From the NCBI GenBank assembly GCA_000934665.2, contig KZ538749.1, positions 1 to 49,769 on the forward strand: 49,769 nt of DNA. Reading direction: 5' to 3'. This document shows positions 48,093 to 49,769 of the stretch, piece by piece; position 1 is the first letter of the stretch; the number at the start of each line of letters is the position of its first letter. The stretch is from Catajapyx aquilonaris (taxonomy: Eukaryota). Made by a program: the position numbers and the translations under genes. The notes under the pieces are model-generated. The model was not told where the DNA came from. It searched no databases and saw only the letters and a program-made list of their open reading frames with translations.

Positions 48093-49769
48093 GAAATAGA
48101 AAAAAAAAGTTTAAAGGTATTTGAAAGTACAAATTTTAAAATTCTGTCTATAATATTGAAATGCTTGCGGTGTTTGTATAAGCCTCTCCTTCCCCACTCT
48201 GACAAGCTGGGCACTGTGATCTATGTTTTGAGCCCTTTGCTTGTCAGGAGGAGACGTCGCCGCAACTTCTTTGCTGGGAAGAGGGAAGATAATATGTTAC
48301 CAAGCTGACTTATCAGTTCAAACAGTTGACTCTTACCTGCAGCAGCAGATTTTGATGCTCCTGAAGTTGGAGTAGACTTTGCTGCTCCTGAAGGTGATGG
48401 AATGATAATAACTACCTCGTCAGGACATGGCAGCTTCTCCAGGATCACAGATGGCAACTTCCACCACATCTATCGGTGTCAGCTCACGTGACGCCGCTGT
48501 GATCCGTGGAGTTGGCTGAGGTGTATGCCTGCACTCATCTGCCCTGACTCTCTGCAGAGCCTTCTGCATGGCTGTATCACACCATTCTTCTCCTACGACC
48601 CCTTCAGACGACTCCTTTCCAAATAGTTGGAGGATCTTCTCCTCCATATCTGTTGGACATGGCTCGAAGAATGCAAAGTAAATGCCATTTGTCACACAAG
48701 GAACCAAGCCACAATTGTCTCAAAGGCGCTACATTTCCCACGTTATAACAATAAATGCACTTTTTAAAATAAACGGCACGGGGTGTGCGCAAGTGCCCGG
48801 ATTTTAGTGAGAAAATGATATTGTGGCCGGCCGACAACCCTTGCTCCTTCCGGTTCGGGCTGGCCATCATTGCCATCATCACCCCTGCCTCGCCCCTTAC
48901 CTTGCCTTCAACACACACTTTCACTTGTCCCTTCTCTGAGCTCAGGGAGCTCAGGGGGTTTACAAGTCAAATGGAGTAAACCAGGATGTTCACACCCCTC
49001 CCTATTCAACTGGCGACCACGAGAATCGTGGACGTCAAACACTTCCATTGGTTACACACATGATAATGACAAGGTACAAGCCAAATTGAAAACACACACT
49101 AGGACAATGAAGCAGCAACAACTAAGTAAGCAGTAGGCGACGACACTACATCACTTTCGAGTGGGGGGGGGNGGGGGGGTCGACAGACCAATGGACAGTT
49201 TCTTCAGGTATCACAAGACACATCACTTATCCCAGTATAGAGTTGTCTGCAACATATCACATACACATGAGCATGGTGTAACCGTATTCGGTTCAAAAAC
49301 GCTAGTGGGTTCATCGCTCAATACAGACTTTTATTTAGTACGAGTGTAGAGAGATATACGGAGAAAAGAGGGAAAATACCGGATAACATAGGTGAGGACA
49401 GACAGGAGGGAAATCGGCCCAGTGAACTACCCAACGACTGGCCATGAGTATCCGGAGATACCCCCATTTTATGCTATCCAAAACCCACTGCATGATGGGT
49501 GGAGTAGGGCATACTGAAAAGAAAGGGAAAGGGACCTTGAGCGGCATACCGCTCAGGGTGAAAGAAAATGAAAGTGATGGGGACTGCTTCTGTCACAATG
49601 GTCCCCAACAATGTGCTACTCATCGGAGGACGAGATGTCCACATCAATGACACCGTCACGGTTCGTCCCAGGGCACAGTGATTCAGATCCAGATAAAACA
49701 TGGACAAAAAGTATTTTTTCTAAATATGTGATTTTGAGTCAAAATCGAGTTATTCACATTCACAAATGT

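Overview
Eukaryotic (animal, most likely insect) repeat-dense genomic DNA with no intact host gene that I can recognise. The window is a mosaic of short, decayed mobile-element and viral pieces: P/THAP9, hAT, Sola, MULE/Mutator-like, PIF/Harbinger, EnSpm/CACTA, Zator-like, Tc1/mariner, piggyBac and Tigger DNA transposons; Ty3/Gypsy LTR pieces (LTRs, PBS, PPT, integrase, env-like); a tRNA-derived SINE; several MITEs/hairpins; duplicated ankyrin-repeat fragments; and a Polinton/Maverick (adintovirus-like) remnant with major capsid protein, protease and protein-primed PolB. The main unexplained structure is strand bias. By my count about 37 recognisable coding fragments lie on the minus strand and 4 on the plus strand, and those 4 are convergently oriented partner genes of minus-strand ORFs in the same elements. 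This resembles a uni-strand (flamenco-like) piRNA cluster. Two LTR elements also carry homologous copies of an unrecognised accessory ORF in the env position. All family calls come from motif recognition by eye, not database searches, and fragment boundaries are approximate.
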